Shown: positions 37,661 through 49,741, counted from the first letter of the whole stretch. The stretch: 63,931 nucleotides of DNA, filler included, from Lama guanicoe (GCA_013239625.1; 76 parts of 73 records of this genome joined end to end with filler, not necessarily neighbours in it); one strand, 5' to 3'. Translations and numbers: made by a program. Notes: generated by a model not told the origin, from the letters alone.

Positions 37661-38580
37661 TTAGAATATTGACTGAAGAACACAGAGTATAGAATAGAGA
37701 TTACAGAATTCTGAATATAAAATTAAGATTATGGAATATAGAACACACAATATAGAATACAGAATACGGAATGCAGAATATAGAATACAGAAGACTGAAT
37801 ATAGAATTTAAAATATACAATGTAGAACACAGAAGATAGAATATGGAAAACAGAATATAGAACGCAGAATATAGAACATGGAATGCAGAACACAGACTTT
37901 AGAATATTGAATACAGATTATAGAATATAGAACACAGAAGATAGAATATGGAAAACAGAATATAGAACGCAGAATATAGAACATGGAATGCAGAACACAG
38001 AATTCAAAATATAGAATACAGAAGACTGAATGTAGAATTTAGAATATGGAATGCAGAACACAGAATTTAGAATATAGAATACAGAATACTGAATATAGAA
38101 TTTAGAATATTGACTGAAGAACACAGAGTATAGAATAGAGATTACAGAATTCTGAATATAAAATTAAGATTATGGAATATAGAACACACAATATAGAATA
38201 CAGAATACGGAATGCAGAATATAGAATACAGAATATTGAATGTTGAACACAGAATATAGATATAGGAAAACAGAATACAGAACCCAGAATTTAGAACCCG
38301 AAATTCAGAGCACAGAATTTAAAATATAGAATACACGATACTGAATATAAAATTTAGAATATAGAATGTAGAACACAGAATATGAAATGTAGAATACGGA
38401 ATGCAGAATATTGAATACAGATTATAGAATATAGAACACAGAAACAGAATACAGAAGACTGAATATAGAATTTAGATTATAGAATATAGAACACAGACCA
38501 TAGAATATAGAATACGGAATGTAGAATATACAATTTAGAATATAGAATGTTGAACACAGAATATAGAAATAAGAAAACAG
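37661..38580 (+). repeat. Satellite family D (heptamer) with higher-order duplications
   Basis: Exact blocks recur at 441-bp and 105-bp offsets. Confidence 0.95.
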
Positions 38581-38680
38581 NNNNNNNNNNNNNNNNNNNN
38601 NNNNNNNNNNNNNNNNNNNNNNNNTTAATTAATTAANNNNNNNNNNNNNNNNNNNNNNNNNNNNNNNNNNNNNNNNNNNN

Positions 38681-39069
38681 AATATAGAATGTAGAACACA
38701 GAATATACATTATGGAATACGGAATGTAGAATATAGAATTTGGAATATAGGATGAAGAACACAAATTATAGAATATATGAAATGAAACATAGAAACCTTA
38801 ATTTAGAAATGGAGTGCTGAACACAGAATTTAGTATATAGAATACATAATTCTGAATATAGAATATAGATTATAGAATGTAGAACACAGAATATAGAATA
38901 TAGTACACNNNNNNNNNNNNNNNNNNNNNNNNNNNNNNNNNNTAAACAGAATATGTATAACACAGAATATAGAATATGGAAAACAGAATACAGAACCCAG
39001 AAATTAGAGCATCAAAAGCAGAACCCAGAATTTAGAATATAGCATACAGAATAATGAATATAATATACA
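38681..39069 (+). repeat. Satellite family D (heptamer)
   Basis: Phased 7-mers. Confidence 0.93.
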
Positions 39070-40121
39070 NNNNNNNNNNNNNNNNNNNNNNNNNNNNNNN
39101 NNNNNNNNNNNNNTTAATTAATTAANNNNNNNNNNNNNNNNNNNNNNNNNNNNNNNNNNNNNNNNNNNNCCTTCTCCCTGGTTGGGGACTTGGATGAGAT
39201 GAGGTACCAGATAAAGAAAGGAGCCCCACCTCATTCTGACCCCTGCTGTTTCCGTTCATTTCTCCAGGGGAAAAGAGTACAATTCAACAGTTTAAAGATT
39301 GATTGTGAGCTAATGAGATAGACAAGACAACGGATCATTTATTAAATACCCTTTCATGCTAGAAACAAATGTATTATACACAAAAACAGCACAGAACTCA
39401 CGGTAGTACCGTGGTTACAAACGTGGGTCCGAGCTCGAGTCCTGCTCTGGAGTGACCAGTCCTGTGAGATGGAGAAATGGTAGGTCGGCTTAGCCTCTCC
39501 AGAACTGGTTTTCTGCCTGCAGAGACGGGGCTCCCTAGGCGTCCCCCCCCCCCGTAGAGGTGCTGTGGGGTGTAAATGATGCGCGTGGGCAGCCCGAGCA
39601 CAGCTGCTCTATACTTGTAAGTGCAGGATCGCATAGCTTTTGCGGTGATGGCTTTATGACCGCCCCGTGTAAACTCTCAGTGCTCCAAAGGGATGCCATG
39701 TGGTTTGGAGATGGGATTCTCACTTCTATAAACACACAAGGATAGTGTTATTGGGCCCTGCTGATTTGAATCTATTGTTTACAAAGTACATATTGTAGAT
39801 ATGTTTTTCAAGCACGCATGCTTTTTTATTTTACTATATAAGTTCTACCCTCTCATCTCTTGGTGTGACTTTTCATGNNNNNNNNNNNNNNNNNNNNNNN
39901 NNNNNNNNNNNNNNNNNNNNNTTAATTAATTAANNNNNNNNNNNNNNNNNNNNNNNNNNNNNNNNNNNNNNNNNNNNTCAAAGATAGACTAACTGAAAAT
40001 AAGAAAGTGCTAACCAGTGTGTAACAAGTGCTATCTTTTGTGTAAAGACAAAAAAACTATATTTATACATATGCACATACATTTATAATAGACGTATATA
40101 AATACTTATTTTTGTGTATAT

Positions 40122-40511
40122 ATTTTTATTGAAGTATAGTCAGTTTACAATGTTGTGTCAGTTTCTGGTGTACAGCACAATGTTTCAGTTTACATGAACA
40201 TACATATATTCATTTTCGTAGTCTTTTTCACTGTAAGTTATAAAAGATATTGATTATTGTTCCTTGAACAATGCAGCATGAACTTGTTGTTTATCTATCT
40301 ATATACATGAGTTAGTATCTGCAAATCTGTAAGTCTCAGTTTATCTCCATCCACCTCCCCCTCCAGGAACCACAAGTTTGTTCTCTATGTCTGACAGTCT
40401 GTTTCTGTTTTGCAAGTAAGTTTGTTTGCCTTTTTTTTTGATTCTACATATAAGTGATATCATATGGTACTTTTCTTTCTCTTTCTGGCTTCTTTCACTT
40501 AGAGTGACATT
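40122..40511 (-). mobile_element. 5'-truncated LINE-1 3' end (antisense) within older AT-rich L1-like sequence
   Basis: tttttattgaagtatagtcagtttacaatgttgtgtcagtttctggtgtacagca...tttctggcttctttcacttagagtgacatt. Confidence 0.88.
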
Positions 40512-41001
40512 TATTGATATATATATATATTTTATATATCAATATATTTGTATATATATAGCATTACTTTTGTATTTGTATAAATATTCTCTAGAAGCAA
40601 CAAACGAATAATACATTTTTCTGTTTGTGAGAATGGACAATGACTGAGTAGGTGGACAACTAGTGGGAGACATGAAATTTCCTTATATACTTAATTAATA
40701 TTTTTTAATGTTTGAACAGTTAACATATATTGCTTACTCAAAGAGTTAAATCAAATTATTAAAAAAAAAAAAAANNNNNNNNNNNNNNNNNNNNNNNNNN
40801 NNNNNNNNNNNNNNNNNNTTAATTAATTAANNNNNNNNNNNNNNNNNNNNNNNNNNNNNNNNNNNNNNNNNNNNACCATGTTCCTCCCCTGGGTCTTACT
40901 GTGCCTCTCTGCATCCCATACTTGGTTTTTCAATTATGTTTTGCACAAGGATGCTCAGCTGAGAGACACATGGGAATTGAAATCCAGCCCCTGCCTCTTA
41001 C

Positions 41002-41172
41002 CTGGGGGTAGACCTGTGAACACAGCTCCTCCTTCCGGGGGGGTGAATCTCAGTCCCTTACAGAAAGCCCGAGGCAGGCTGGCAATGACGCTGGTGATCT
41101 TGCTTAGCAAACAGACATACTCCTCCTTAGATGACTTGCATTGGGTCTCGTAATGTTGACTGGATACTTTTC
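41002..41172 (-). CDS. Candidate internal coding exon of an unidentified gene (171 nt, phase 1-1)
   Basis: Long polypyrimidine acceptor ending ...tctctcag| and donor CAG|gtaaga. Only one frame is open: (G)KVSSQHYETQCKSSKEEYVCLLSKITSVIASLPRAFCKGLRFTPPEGGAVFTGLPP. Confidence 0.55.
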
Positions 41173-41310
41173 CTGAGAGAAAAAAAAGGAAGTTGCAGGA
41201 CACATGAAGCNNNNNNNNNNNNNNNNNNNNNNNNNNNNNNNNNNNNNNNNNNNNTTAATTAATTAANNNNNNNNNNNNNNNNNNNNNNNNNNNNNNNNNN
41301 NNNNNNNNNN

Positions 41311-41812
41311 TTGGGAATTACTGTGACCCCTGAAAAATGCGTGTTTTTTGTTTCCCCACCTCAAGCACACACACGAAGTTTTCTGGTATCCTGAGTGTGG
41401 GGAGGCTCCTGCAATTTTTCTGGTATCTTGAGTGTGGGGAGGCTCCTGCAACTGACAATAGCAGCTGGGATCTAATTGGATCCTTTAGATTGAATTCCCT
41501 TAGTATTTTCCTTGGCCGAGTGTTGAGCGAAGTTATGCCTTGTGCTCTAAAACCAAGTATTAGCGAGTTCCTAACTTTTGGCAGTGGAGGTGGTTAAAGT
41601 ATATCCCCTAGCTGGGAACACCTGTGCCACCATAAAGATGTGTGGACTCAGTTTCCCTCCTCCAGCACACACACGATATCTGGCTCAGATGTTTTGAGTG
41701 TGGGGAGGTTCCTCCAAATAACAGCAGCGCCTGGGTTCAAATACAATACATTTACTTGTCTTCAATGATGGCTTGAAAAGGGCGGTGTGCGGGGGAAATT
41801 GGGGGTTGGGCT
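41311..41812 (+). repeat. Satellite family C
   Basis: Family C monomer, including a ~37-bp local duplication at 41379-41451. Confidence 0.9.
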
Positions 41813-41912
41813 NNNNNNNNNNNNNNNNNNNNNNNNNNNNNNNNNNNNNNNNNNNNTTAATTAATTAANNNNNNNNNNNNNNNNNNNNNNNNNNNNNNNN
41901 NNNNNNNNNNNN

Positions 41913-42336
41913 CTGACAATGGTTCCGGAACCCTGAGTGTGGGGAGTTTCCACCAACGGTCAGAAGCGCGTGGGTTTTAACGGAATGCCTAAGCTCGACT
42001 CCCCTGGGTTTTTTCCTAATGTCTCTTGAAAGGAAATGCTAGGGGGATTTGCAGGCAATCCAAGTGACAGAGGCTGCCTCCCCAAAATCAGGGAAGGTAT
42101 TTCTCAGAAATCCCCCGTTCAGGGAACACCTGTTACTGAAGAGAGCTGCGTGGAGTTGTCCCAAGAGCTCCCCACGCAGTGACAATTTTTCCGAAATCCT
42201 GAGCGTGGGGAGGTTCCACCAACGGTCGGCAGCGCGTGGGTTCTAACGGAATGCCTAAGCTCGAATCCCCTGTGTTTTAAATTTCTTCTAATGTCTCTGT
42301 GCCAGGGAATGCTAGGGTGGTTGGCAGGAAGTCCCA
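41913..42336 (-). repeat. Satellite family A (reverse)
   Basis: Reverse-complement family A monomer. Confidence 0.95.
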
Positions 42337-42436
42337 NNNNNNNNNNNNNNNNNNNNNNNNNNNNNNNNNNNNNNNNNNNNTTAATTAATTAANNNNNNNN
42401 NNNNNNNNNNNNNNNNNNNNNNNNNNNNNNNNNNNN

Positions 42437-42877
42437 CTTATCTCTCAGAACTGAGCATGTGGAGAGGCGTTCGTTCTCCAGCACAAAAAGAACGGGTTAC
42501 AGGAGAAACCCTTACTCTGGTTTCTCAGTCTGTTTCCTAGTGCCGGTTTGAAGTGCCTGCCGTTTTCACTGTAAAACCGAGTTGGAGCTTGTACCTCCCC
42601 ATATATATGTATGGAGTGGANNNNNNNNNNNNNNNNNNNNNNNNNNNNAGCTAGGTGAAGGACGGCTTTCCCTCACACTTATCTCTCAGAACTGAGCATG
42701 TGGAGAGACGTTCGTTCATCCAGCACAAAGGGAACGGGTTGCAGGAGAAACCCTTACTCTGGTTTCTCAGTCTGTTTCCTAGTGCCGGTTTTAAGTGCCT
42801 GCCATTTTCACTTAAATCCGAGTTGGAACTTGTACATCCCCATATACATGTTTGGAGTGGAGTTTGCAACTGAAAAG
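42437..42877 (+). repeat. Satellite family B
   Basis: Two near-consensus family B monomers. Confidence 0.95.
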
Positions 42878-42977
42878 NNNNNNNNNNNNNNNNNNNNNNN
42901 NNNNNNNNNNNNNNNNNNNNNTTAATTAATTAANNNNNNNNNNNNNNNNNNNNNNNNNNNNNNNNNNNNNNNNNNNN

Positions 42978-43262
42978 TATTTAGGTGCTCCTATGTTGGC
43001 AACATAAATATTTATGAATTTTTTTTCAGTTTGACCTCTTTATCATCATGCAATGCCATTCTTTGTCTTTTGCTACGGTCTATTTTAAAGTCTACTTTTT
43101 CTGATACGAGTATTGCTACCCAGGCTTTCTTTTCATTTGCATTTGCATGGAATAATTTTTTATATTCTTTCTCCTTCAGTCTGTGTGTGTCTTTAGATTT
43201 GAATGTCCATTTACATTTAAAGTGAGTATTGATAAGTGCCATTTTGTTACTTGTATTTTTAA
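42978..43262 (-). mobile_element. LINE-1 ORF2 endonuclease fragment (antisense)
   Basis: KDTHRLKEKEYKKLFHANANEKKAWVAILVSEKVDFK is the L1 EN N-terminus. Confidence 0.92.
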
Positions 43263-43566
43263 AAATATTGAATGAAATATTCATTAAATTCTTTAATGCT
43301 TTAAATTGTCAAAAGTTTCACAAACATGATTTTGTAAAATTCCATAATAACCCATTTTCACCCTCTATCCCTATACTATATNNNNNNNNNNNNNNNNNNN
43401 NNNNNNNNNNNNNNNNNNNNNNNNNNNNNNNNNNNNNNNNNNNNNNNNNNNNNNNNNNNNNNNNNNNNNNNNNNNNNNNNNNNNNNNNNNNNNNNNNNNN
43501 NNNNNNNNNNNNNNNNNNNNNNNNNNNNNNNNNNNNNNNNNNNNNNNNNNNNNNNNNNNNNNNNNN

Positions 43567-43787
43567 ACAAAACAACGATATTAAAAAGAACTAATGGGTA
43601 AATGATGAAATCTAAGAAAAAAATCAGAAAATACTGCAAAAGAAATGAAAATGGAAACATAACTTTTTCTGAATGCTGTGAAACAAGAAATCAGCTACAG
43701 AAAAAATGGGAAAAATACAAATGCATGGAGACAAAACAACATGGTATTAAAAAGAACTAATGGGTAAATGATGAAATCTAATCTAAG
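43567..43787 (+). mobile_element. LINE-1 ORF2 fragment with an internal duplication
   Basis: acaaaacaac...tattaaaaagaactaatgggtaaatgatgaaatctaa at 43567 and 43731. Confidence 0.75.
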
Positions 43788-43887
43788 NNNNNNNNNNNNN
43801 NNNNNNNNNNNNNNNNNNNNNNNNNNNNNNNTTAATTAATTAANNNNNNNNNNNNNNNNNNNNNNNNNNNNNNNNNNNNNNNNNNNN

Positions 43888-44446
43888 GTTTGGTGGTTGA
43901 AACATCTGTCATGTGCATATTCACAGCTCAGAAATGAAATTTGAGGAATTGGTGATGCATTAATCATGTTCGGAATACGAAATGCCATGGTTATGTAAAC
44001 AATGTAAATTACATGTGTATTGGTGAGAATTCGCTCAAAGAGTGTTTTCTACTGCCAAATGTCCGATTTTAGAACCTGGTGATACAAAAAACTTATGAAG
44101 TCAGAACTTATGAAGTCTGAGTAAATGTTTCAAAGTGTAATATATGCCTTCTTTGGTGGATGAAAGTTCACTAATCCACATGCTCAGAACTCAGAAACTC
44201 ATGTTTCTCGAATCCGTCATGCATGTATCATGTACGGAACCCGGAATTTCTGGTTGAAGGAATTCATGTAAATTATATATCTACTAGGTTGAATACACTC
44301 CAGAAGTATTCTTCTGTGAAAAATGAACGAATTCGAAACTTGTGATAGGGAAAGCTTGTGAAAATGTGTACACGTGTCTATAAGAAATTATTCCTTTTAT
44401 AGAGGATGGAAAATCCGTATTCCACATGCTCACAACTCAGGAATGC
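43888..44446 (-). repeat. Satellite family E: highly diverged ~247-250-bp tandem repeat related to B (reverse)
   Basis: ccacatgctca at 44176 and 44422; atgtaaatta at 44002 and 44266 (this interval includes a short local duplication); tttggtgg.tgaaa at ~43889 and ~44152. Confidence 0.75.
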
Positions 44447-44694
44447 NNNNNNNNNNNNNNNNNNNNNNNNNNNNNNNNNNNNNNNNNNNNTTAATTAATT
44501 AANNNNNNNNNNNNNNNNNNNNNNNNNNNNNNNNNNNNNNNNNNNNGTAGGCATACTTTACAAACCAGGCAGGAAAGGGATCATATTTTACACATACTTT
44601 AGAAACTGATTTGAATTTTGCTCTCTACCTGCAAGGCTATTTCTTAGGTAATAACATAAGCTGGCCAATATACTAAATTTTATTTCCCTGTTTG

Positions 44695-44832
44695 CTTAGT
44701 CCTCACAAATCTGTAAGCTGCTATTATTACCCCCATATAACAGATAAAGAGCATGAGGTAGAAAATAATTTGGGTAACTTGGTAAATGGTGGAGCTGGGT
44801 AAGACTGCAGCCGGTCTGACACTCAAGTCCTT
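44695..44832 (-). mobile_element. MIR SINE (antisense)
   Basis: ctattattacccccatataacagataaagagcatgagg...gtaaatggtggagctggg...gtctgac. Confidence 0.75.
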
Positions 44833-45491
44833 TCTTCTCATCAATGTCTGATACTGCTACCTACATTCAGCAATGACCGCTGATTTCATATTTAAGTGTG
44901 TCATTTCTAAAACTGCAAAGCTATATTAGTACTGCTGTGTAAATTATTCTTTTCAGATATTATTGCCAAAAAACAGAAACAAATAAAATCAGGGTTCCAC
45001 TGAGGGGAGGGCGAACTGCATATGGACGGACACAAGGGGTCTTTTTGAGGATACAGTTGCACAAATCACGATATAGCTAAAATGGCTTACTTGTACAATT
45101 ATAATATGTGAATTTTATGGCCTGTAAATTACACCTTAATACAGCTACTAAATTAAGAAACTGGGATACCAAATTAAGACTAAAACACATATATAATCAC
45201 ACAAAGAACACAGGCAAATATCATTATTTACTGCACCATTTTCCTTCATGCAGCTTCCNNNNNNNNNNNNNNNNNNNNNNNNNNNNNNNNNNNNNNNNNN
45301 NNTTAATTAATTAANNNNNNNNNNNNNNNNNNNNNNNNNNNNNNNNNNNNNNNNNNNNATGGGCCGTCTTTTTCTGTACAACCACAGAGGATGTGTTACC
45401 GTTAGTGATGGTGCTTTCCAGGGAAGAATGCGTGGTTCACAGAGCTTGAGGCATGCAAGGCATTGGGTGCTATGTATTGTGAATTGGGGGC

Positions 45492-45747
45492 TGTCATGGG
45501 CTGAATGTTTGTGTTCAGGATTCATATGCAAAAGTNNNNNNNNNNNNNNNNNNNNNNNNNNNNNNNNNNNNNNNNNNNNNNNNNNNNNNNNNNNNNNNNN
45601 NNNNNNNNNNNNNNNNNNNTCTGTCTCTCTTCAGCACACAAAGAAGTCATGTGAGTCCACAGTGAGACTGCGGTACCTAGATCGTGGTCTTCCAGCCTCC
45701 AGAGCCACAGAAATGCATTTCTGTTGTTCAAGCTGCCCAGCCCAGGC
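45492..45747 (+). mobile_element. MLT1 (MaLR) LTR
   Basis: tgtcatgggctgaatgtttgtgt...ttcatatg...tcttccagcctccagagccacagaaatgcatttctgttgttcaagctgcccag. Confidence 0.8.
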
Positions 45748-46360
45748 NNNNNNNNNNNNNNNNNNNNNNNNNNNNNNNNNNNNNNNNNNNNNNNNNNNNN
45801 NNNNNNNNNNNNNNNNNNNNNNNNNNNNNNNNNNNNNNNNNNNNNNNNNNNNNNNNNNNNNNNNNNNNNNNNNNNNNNNNNNNNNNNNNNNNNNNNNNNN
45901 NNNNNNNNNNNNNNNNNNTGCAGTCCCTCTCACAGCTGACCACGTGCTCCCATCACGTGGTGAGTTACAACTCAGAAAGGAGCCAGTGGTAAACACGGCT
46001 CTCCCCCTCATCAATGCCCATTACTGATCTTGTCTTGGATTGGATCNNNNNNNNNNNNNNNNNNNNNNNNNNNNNNNNNNNNNNNNNNNNTTAATTAATT
46101 AANNNNNNNNNNNNNNNNNNNNNNNNNNNNNNNNNNNNNNNNNNNNCAGGGAATTTAAAGCTGCCAACAAAATATGTTCCCTGTAGAATTTTTGTAAAAA
46201 TCAATTTTCTTTCATGTAAGGATGCTTTGACATCTTCCGTTTTAATGGCAAAGAGTATCACACAATTTGTTTTATAGGATAAGGAGGTGCCCCACCTCAG
46301 GTGGACTATTCATACATCTCCATGAAGAGTGTGTGCAAATACTCAGCTTCTTGTTTTCAG

Positions 46361-46402
46361 GATGGAAATAGCCACTGAGGCTTCCTTTGCACTGATGCAC
46401 TG
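46361..46402 (+). CDS. Weak candidate 42-nt coding exon (unidentified)
   Basis: cttcttgttttcag| ... CTG|gtaatt; the single open frame reads MEIATEASFALMH-W/C. Confidence 0.3.
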
Positions 46403-46638
46403 GTAATTGTGAACAGCCATAGATGGACGAGGTGGGGACTACATGCCAGGAGGGGTGTTGTTTGGAAGGAAACAGCCCTGTGTGTGTCTGTGTGACAAGT
46501 CCGACAAACAGTAGTCATTGGAAGGAAGACAGCCTATGNNNNNNNNNNNNNNNNNNNNNNNNNNNNNNNNNNNNNNNNNNNNTTAATTAATTAANNNNNN
46601 NNNNNNNNNNNNNNNNNNNNNNNNNNNNNNNNNNNNNN

Positions 46639-47150
46639 TTGGTTCATGGACTTGTATATCAGTTCCTTGCACAGGTTCGGGAAGTTAATAATTTTAATTC
46701 TTTTAATAAACCATCAGCTGCCTTTTAATTTTCTACCCCCTCCAGGATTCCACACTAATGTGCACTTCCTGAGGAAGACAATGGCTACTGTAGAATTTCC
46801 CCACTTTTAAATATCTTGAATCTCTGCCCTCTCCTATCATTTCTAGTTTTTCATTGGTGAGTTTGCTAATCTCTCTTCCACAAAGACAGTCTAATTCGAA
46901 TGCTTTCTGTTGTATCCTTCATCTCAATTATTAAGTTCTCCAGGTTCTCCAATAATGATTGATTATTTTATATTTTCAGTCTCTTTGGTAATGTATTTCT
47001 TTTCATCATTTCATTTATTCCTGAGCTCACTAAACTGCTTTCTCAGTTTTGTTTGTTGTATTGAGATTCTGTATGACAATTATTTGGATTCTCTATTAAT
47101 TATATGGCAATAGACATTTACTTTAACTTTGTTTCCTGCAGGGTTGACAT
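46639..47150 (-). mobile_element. Old LINE-1 ORF1-like fragment (antisense)
   Basis: T-rich text (tttattcctgagctcactaaactgctttctcag; ctaatctctcttccac) typical of antisense L1 ORF1. Confidence 0.55.
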
Positions 47151-47262
47151 TGTGTGTGTGTGNNNNNNNNNNNNNNNNNNNNNNNNNNNNNNNNNNNNNN
47201 NNNNNNTTAATTAATTAANNNNNNNNNNNNNNNNNNNNNNNNNNNNNNNNNNNNNNNNNNNN

Positions 47263-47719
47263 ACTGAACCCAGAACCCAGAATTTTGCATATGCAATGCA
47301 GAACACAGAATATAGAATATAGAATACAGAATATGGAACCCATAATATAATCATGGAATTCAGAAAACAGAATAGAGTATATAGAAAGCAGAAATAGAAT
47401 GTGGAAAATAGAATGTAGAATGCAGAATATAGAATATAGAATACGGAATAGAGAAAATAGAATAGAGAATGTAGAACTCAGAATTTGAATGTAGAATACA
47501 GATTACAGTACACAGAATTTAGATATGCTATTCAGAACACCGAATTTAGAATAGTGGATACAGAATACATAATATATTATGTATCATACAGAATGATTAA
47601 CTCCGAATATTGAATATAGAATACAGAATGAAGAACAAAGAATTTAGAACGTGGAATTCATAACGCACATTTTAGAATACGGTATTAAGAATATAGAATT
47701 TAGAATAGAGAATGTAGAA
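47263..47719 (+). repeat. Satellite family D (heptamer), more degenerate
   Basis: Phased GAA-containing 7-mers. Confidence 0.88.
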
Positions 47720-47819
47720 NNNNNNNNNNNNNNNNNNNNNNNNNNNNNNNNNNNNNNNNNNNNTTAATTAATTAANNNNNNNNNNNNNNNNNNNNNNNNN
47801 NNNNNNNNNNNNNNNNNNN

Positions 47820-48694
47820 TTGTGGCGTCTTCTTTAGGATTTCAATTTAAAGTATGTCATCTGCATATGGATTCTTTTACTCCTTTTCTTAATTAGTTAT
47901 ATTATATTTACATTTATTTTGGATTGCTATGGCTAGAATTTCCAATACTATACTGAATAAAAGTGTTAAGACTGAGCATTCTTGTCTTCTTCCTGCTCTT
48001 AAAGGAGATGCTTTCAGCTTTTAATCAGTGAGTGTCATGTTAGCTGAGTTCTTGTCATATGAGCACTTAAGTCTGTTGAGGTATGTTCCTTATGCTCAGT
48101 TTGAGGAGAAATATAATTATAAATAGATACTGAATTTTTCAGAAATTTTTATGACTCTTTTGATGTGACCATATAATTTTTATTCTTCAATTTGTTAGTG
48201 TGTTTTATCATATCAATTAAATTTTGGTTAATATATTACTTTTTCATCCCTAGAATAAAATGAATTTAATAATAAACTATAATCCTTTTAATATATTTTT
48301 TGCTTTGCTAACATTTTAGTAATGAATTTTGCATCTATGCATATCCATAGTATTTTACCTGTAATTTTATCAGGTATTTGTTCCAGTTTTAGAAGTAGTG
48401 TGATACAGAAAGGTGGGGTAAGAAGCCTTCCTTCCTCTGCAAATTTTTGGACTGAGATTTATAGGTGATAGTTCTTCTCTAAATGTTTGTCAGAAGTCAC
48501 CTGTGAAGCTCTCTAGGCCTGGAATTTTGTTTCTTGGGAGATTTTGTTTAATTACTTATTCAATTTCATTTGTGAAAATCTGTTCACATTTTCTATTTCT
48601 CACTCCGTCCTGGAGATTACGTCTTTCTAAGAAATTGTCCATTTGTTCTAGTGTTTCCATTTCAATTGGCATATAATTTGTGGTATATTCTTAT
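47820..48694 (-). mobile_element. LINE-1 ORF2 (RT region, antisense), degenerate
   Basis: ttccaatactatactgaataaaagtg...cattcttgtcttcttcctgctcttaaaggagatgctttcagctttt. Confidence 0.9.
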
Positions 48695-49162
48695 NNNNNN
48701 NNNNNNNNNNNNNNNNNNNNNNNNNNNNNNNNNNNNNNTTAATTAATTAANNNNNNNNNNNNNNNNNNNNNNNNNNNNNNNNNNNNNNNNNNNNGCAGGT
48801 CCCAGGCAGCATCTTTCCCAGCCTCCTGTCTCTTCATCCCACGATCTCATGAACAGGTGTCAGTGGTGACCAGGCCCGAAATTATGCAAGGACTCAGCAA
48901 CGTGGGCCACCACAAACCAAGGTCAACCCGGTAGTCCAAACAGGTCTGCTCATAGCCCAGAACCTTCGGGAATGGAAGCATGAGTCACCACCCCCACCCC
49001 AAGGTCAAGAACCATGACCAGCTGAGACGCTTGCGGAAGGCAAAGGGAACAGAGCCTGAGCAGCAGAAGGAGGGGGCTGTGGCTCCCAGCTGTGCCTGCG
49101 GGACCAGCCACGGACGTGAATGCTGCAGGCGTCAGGGGTGTCTCCTCTTTGCTTTGTCGTCA

Positions 49163-49273
49163 GTGTTTGTGTGTGTGTCTGTGTGTCTGTCTCTGTGTGT
49201 GTCTGTCTGTATGTGTGTGTGTCTGTGTATGTGTGTGTGTCTGTGTGTGTGTGTTCTTGTGTGTACATACACA
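49163..49273. repeat. Degenerate (TG)n/(TCTG)n microsatellite
   Basis: Directly visible. Confidence 0.9.
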
Positions 49274-49741
49274 TATTAAGCAAAGAGCTTTCTTTTCCTT
49301 CCTCTCTCATCTATTTATCACGTGACTGGAAGTCACCAGCACTTCTCAGGGAGTCCCTGGGCTCCATTCAGGGTTCAAATCCCCTGAGGCAAATAATACC
49401 CTGAGGCAAATAATGTCCAGAGATTTATTGGTGCCTCAGCTGCCCAAATCCCTACAGCTTGCTGATCCATCTCACAATGTGAGGGCCACCAGCTAATCAC
49501 ATCAACACGGCTGAAATACCCATCCCAACCCCGGGGAAGAGGGTCACATCCCCCCACTCCTTCTTCCCTCAGTAGCTATCCCAAGGATTGGGAAAAAACT
49601 TACTAAACAGACATCCAGGCCAGAGCAAGAAGTCCCAGGTCNNNNNNNNNNNNNNNNNNNNNNNNNNNNNNNNNNNNNNNNNNNNTTAATTAATTAANNN
49701 NNNNNNNNNNNNNNNNNNNNNNNNNNNNNNNNNNNNNNNNN

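Noticed and set aside
39170..39877. Minus-strand 3' UTR with AATAAA at 39338-39343
   Set aside because: One hexamer plus a GT-rich downstream stretch is not enough without a recognisable gene.
42706..42740. CENP-B box in satellite B (TTCG...CGGG) or A (ttccgttagaaccc)
   Set aside because: Spacing and identity do not fit TTCGnnnnAnnCGGG. In B the two halves are far too distant; in A the CGGG is absent.
48857..48945. Possible exon (VSGDQARNYARTQQRGPPQTKVNPVVQT)
   Set aside because: Weak acceptor and donor (gtctgc); peptide not recognised.
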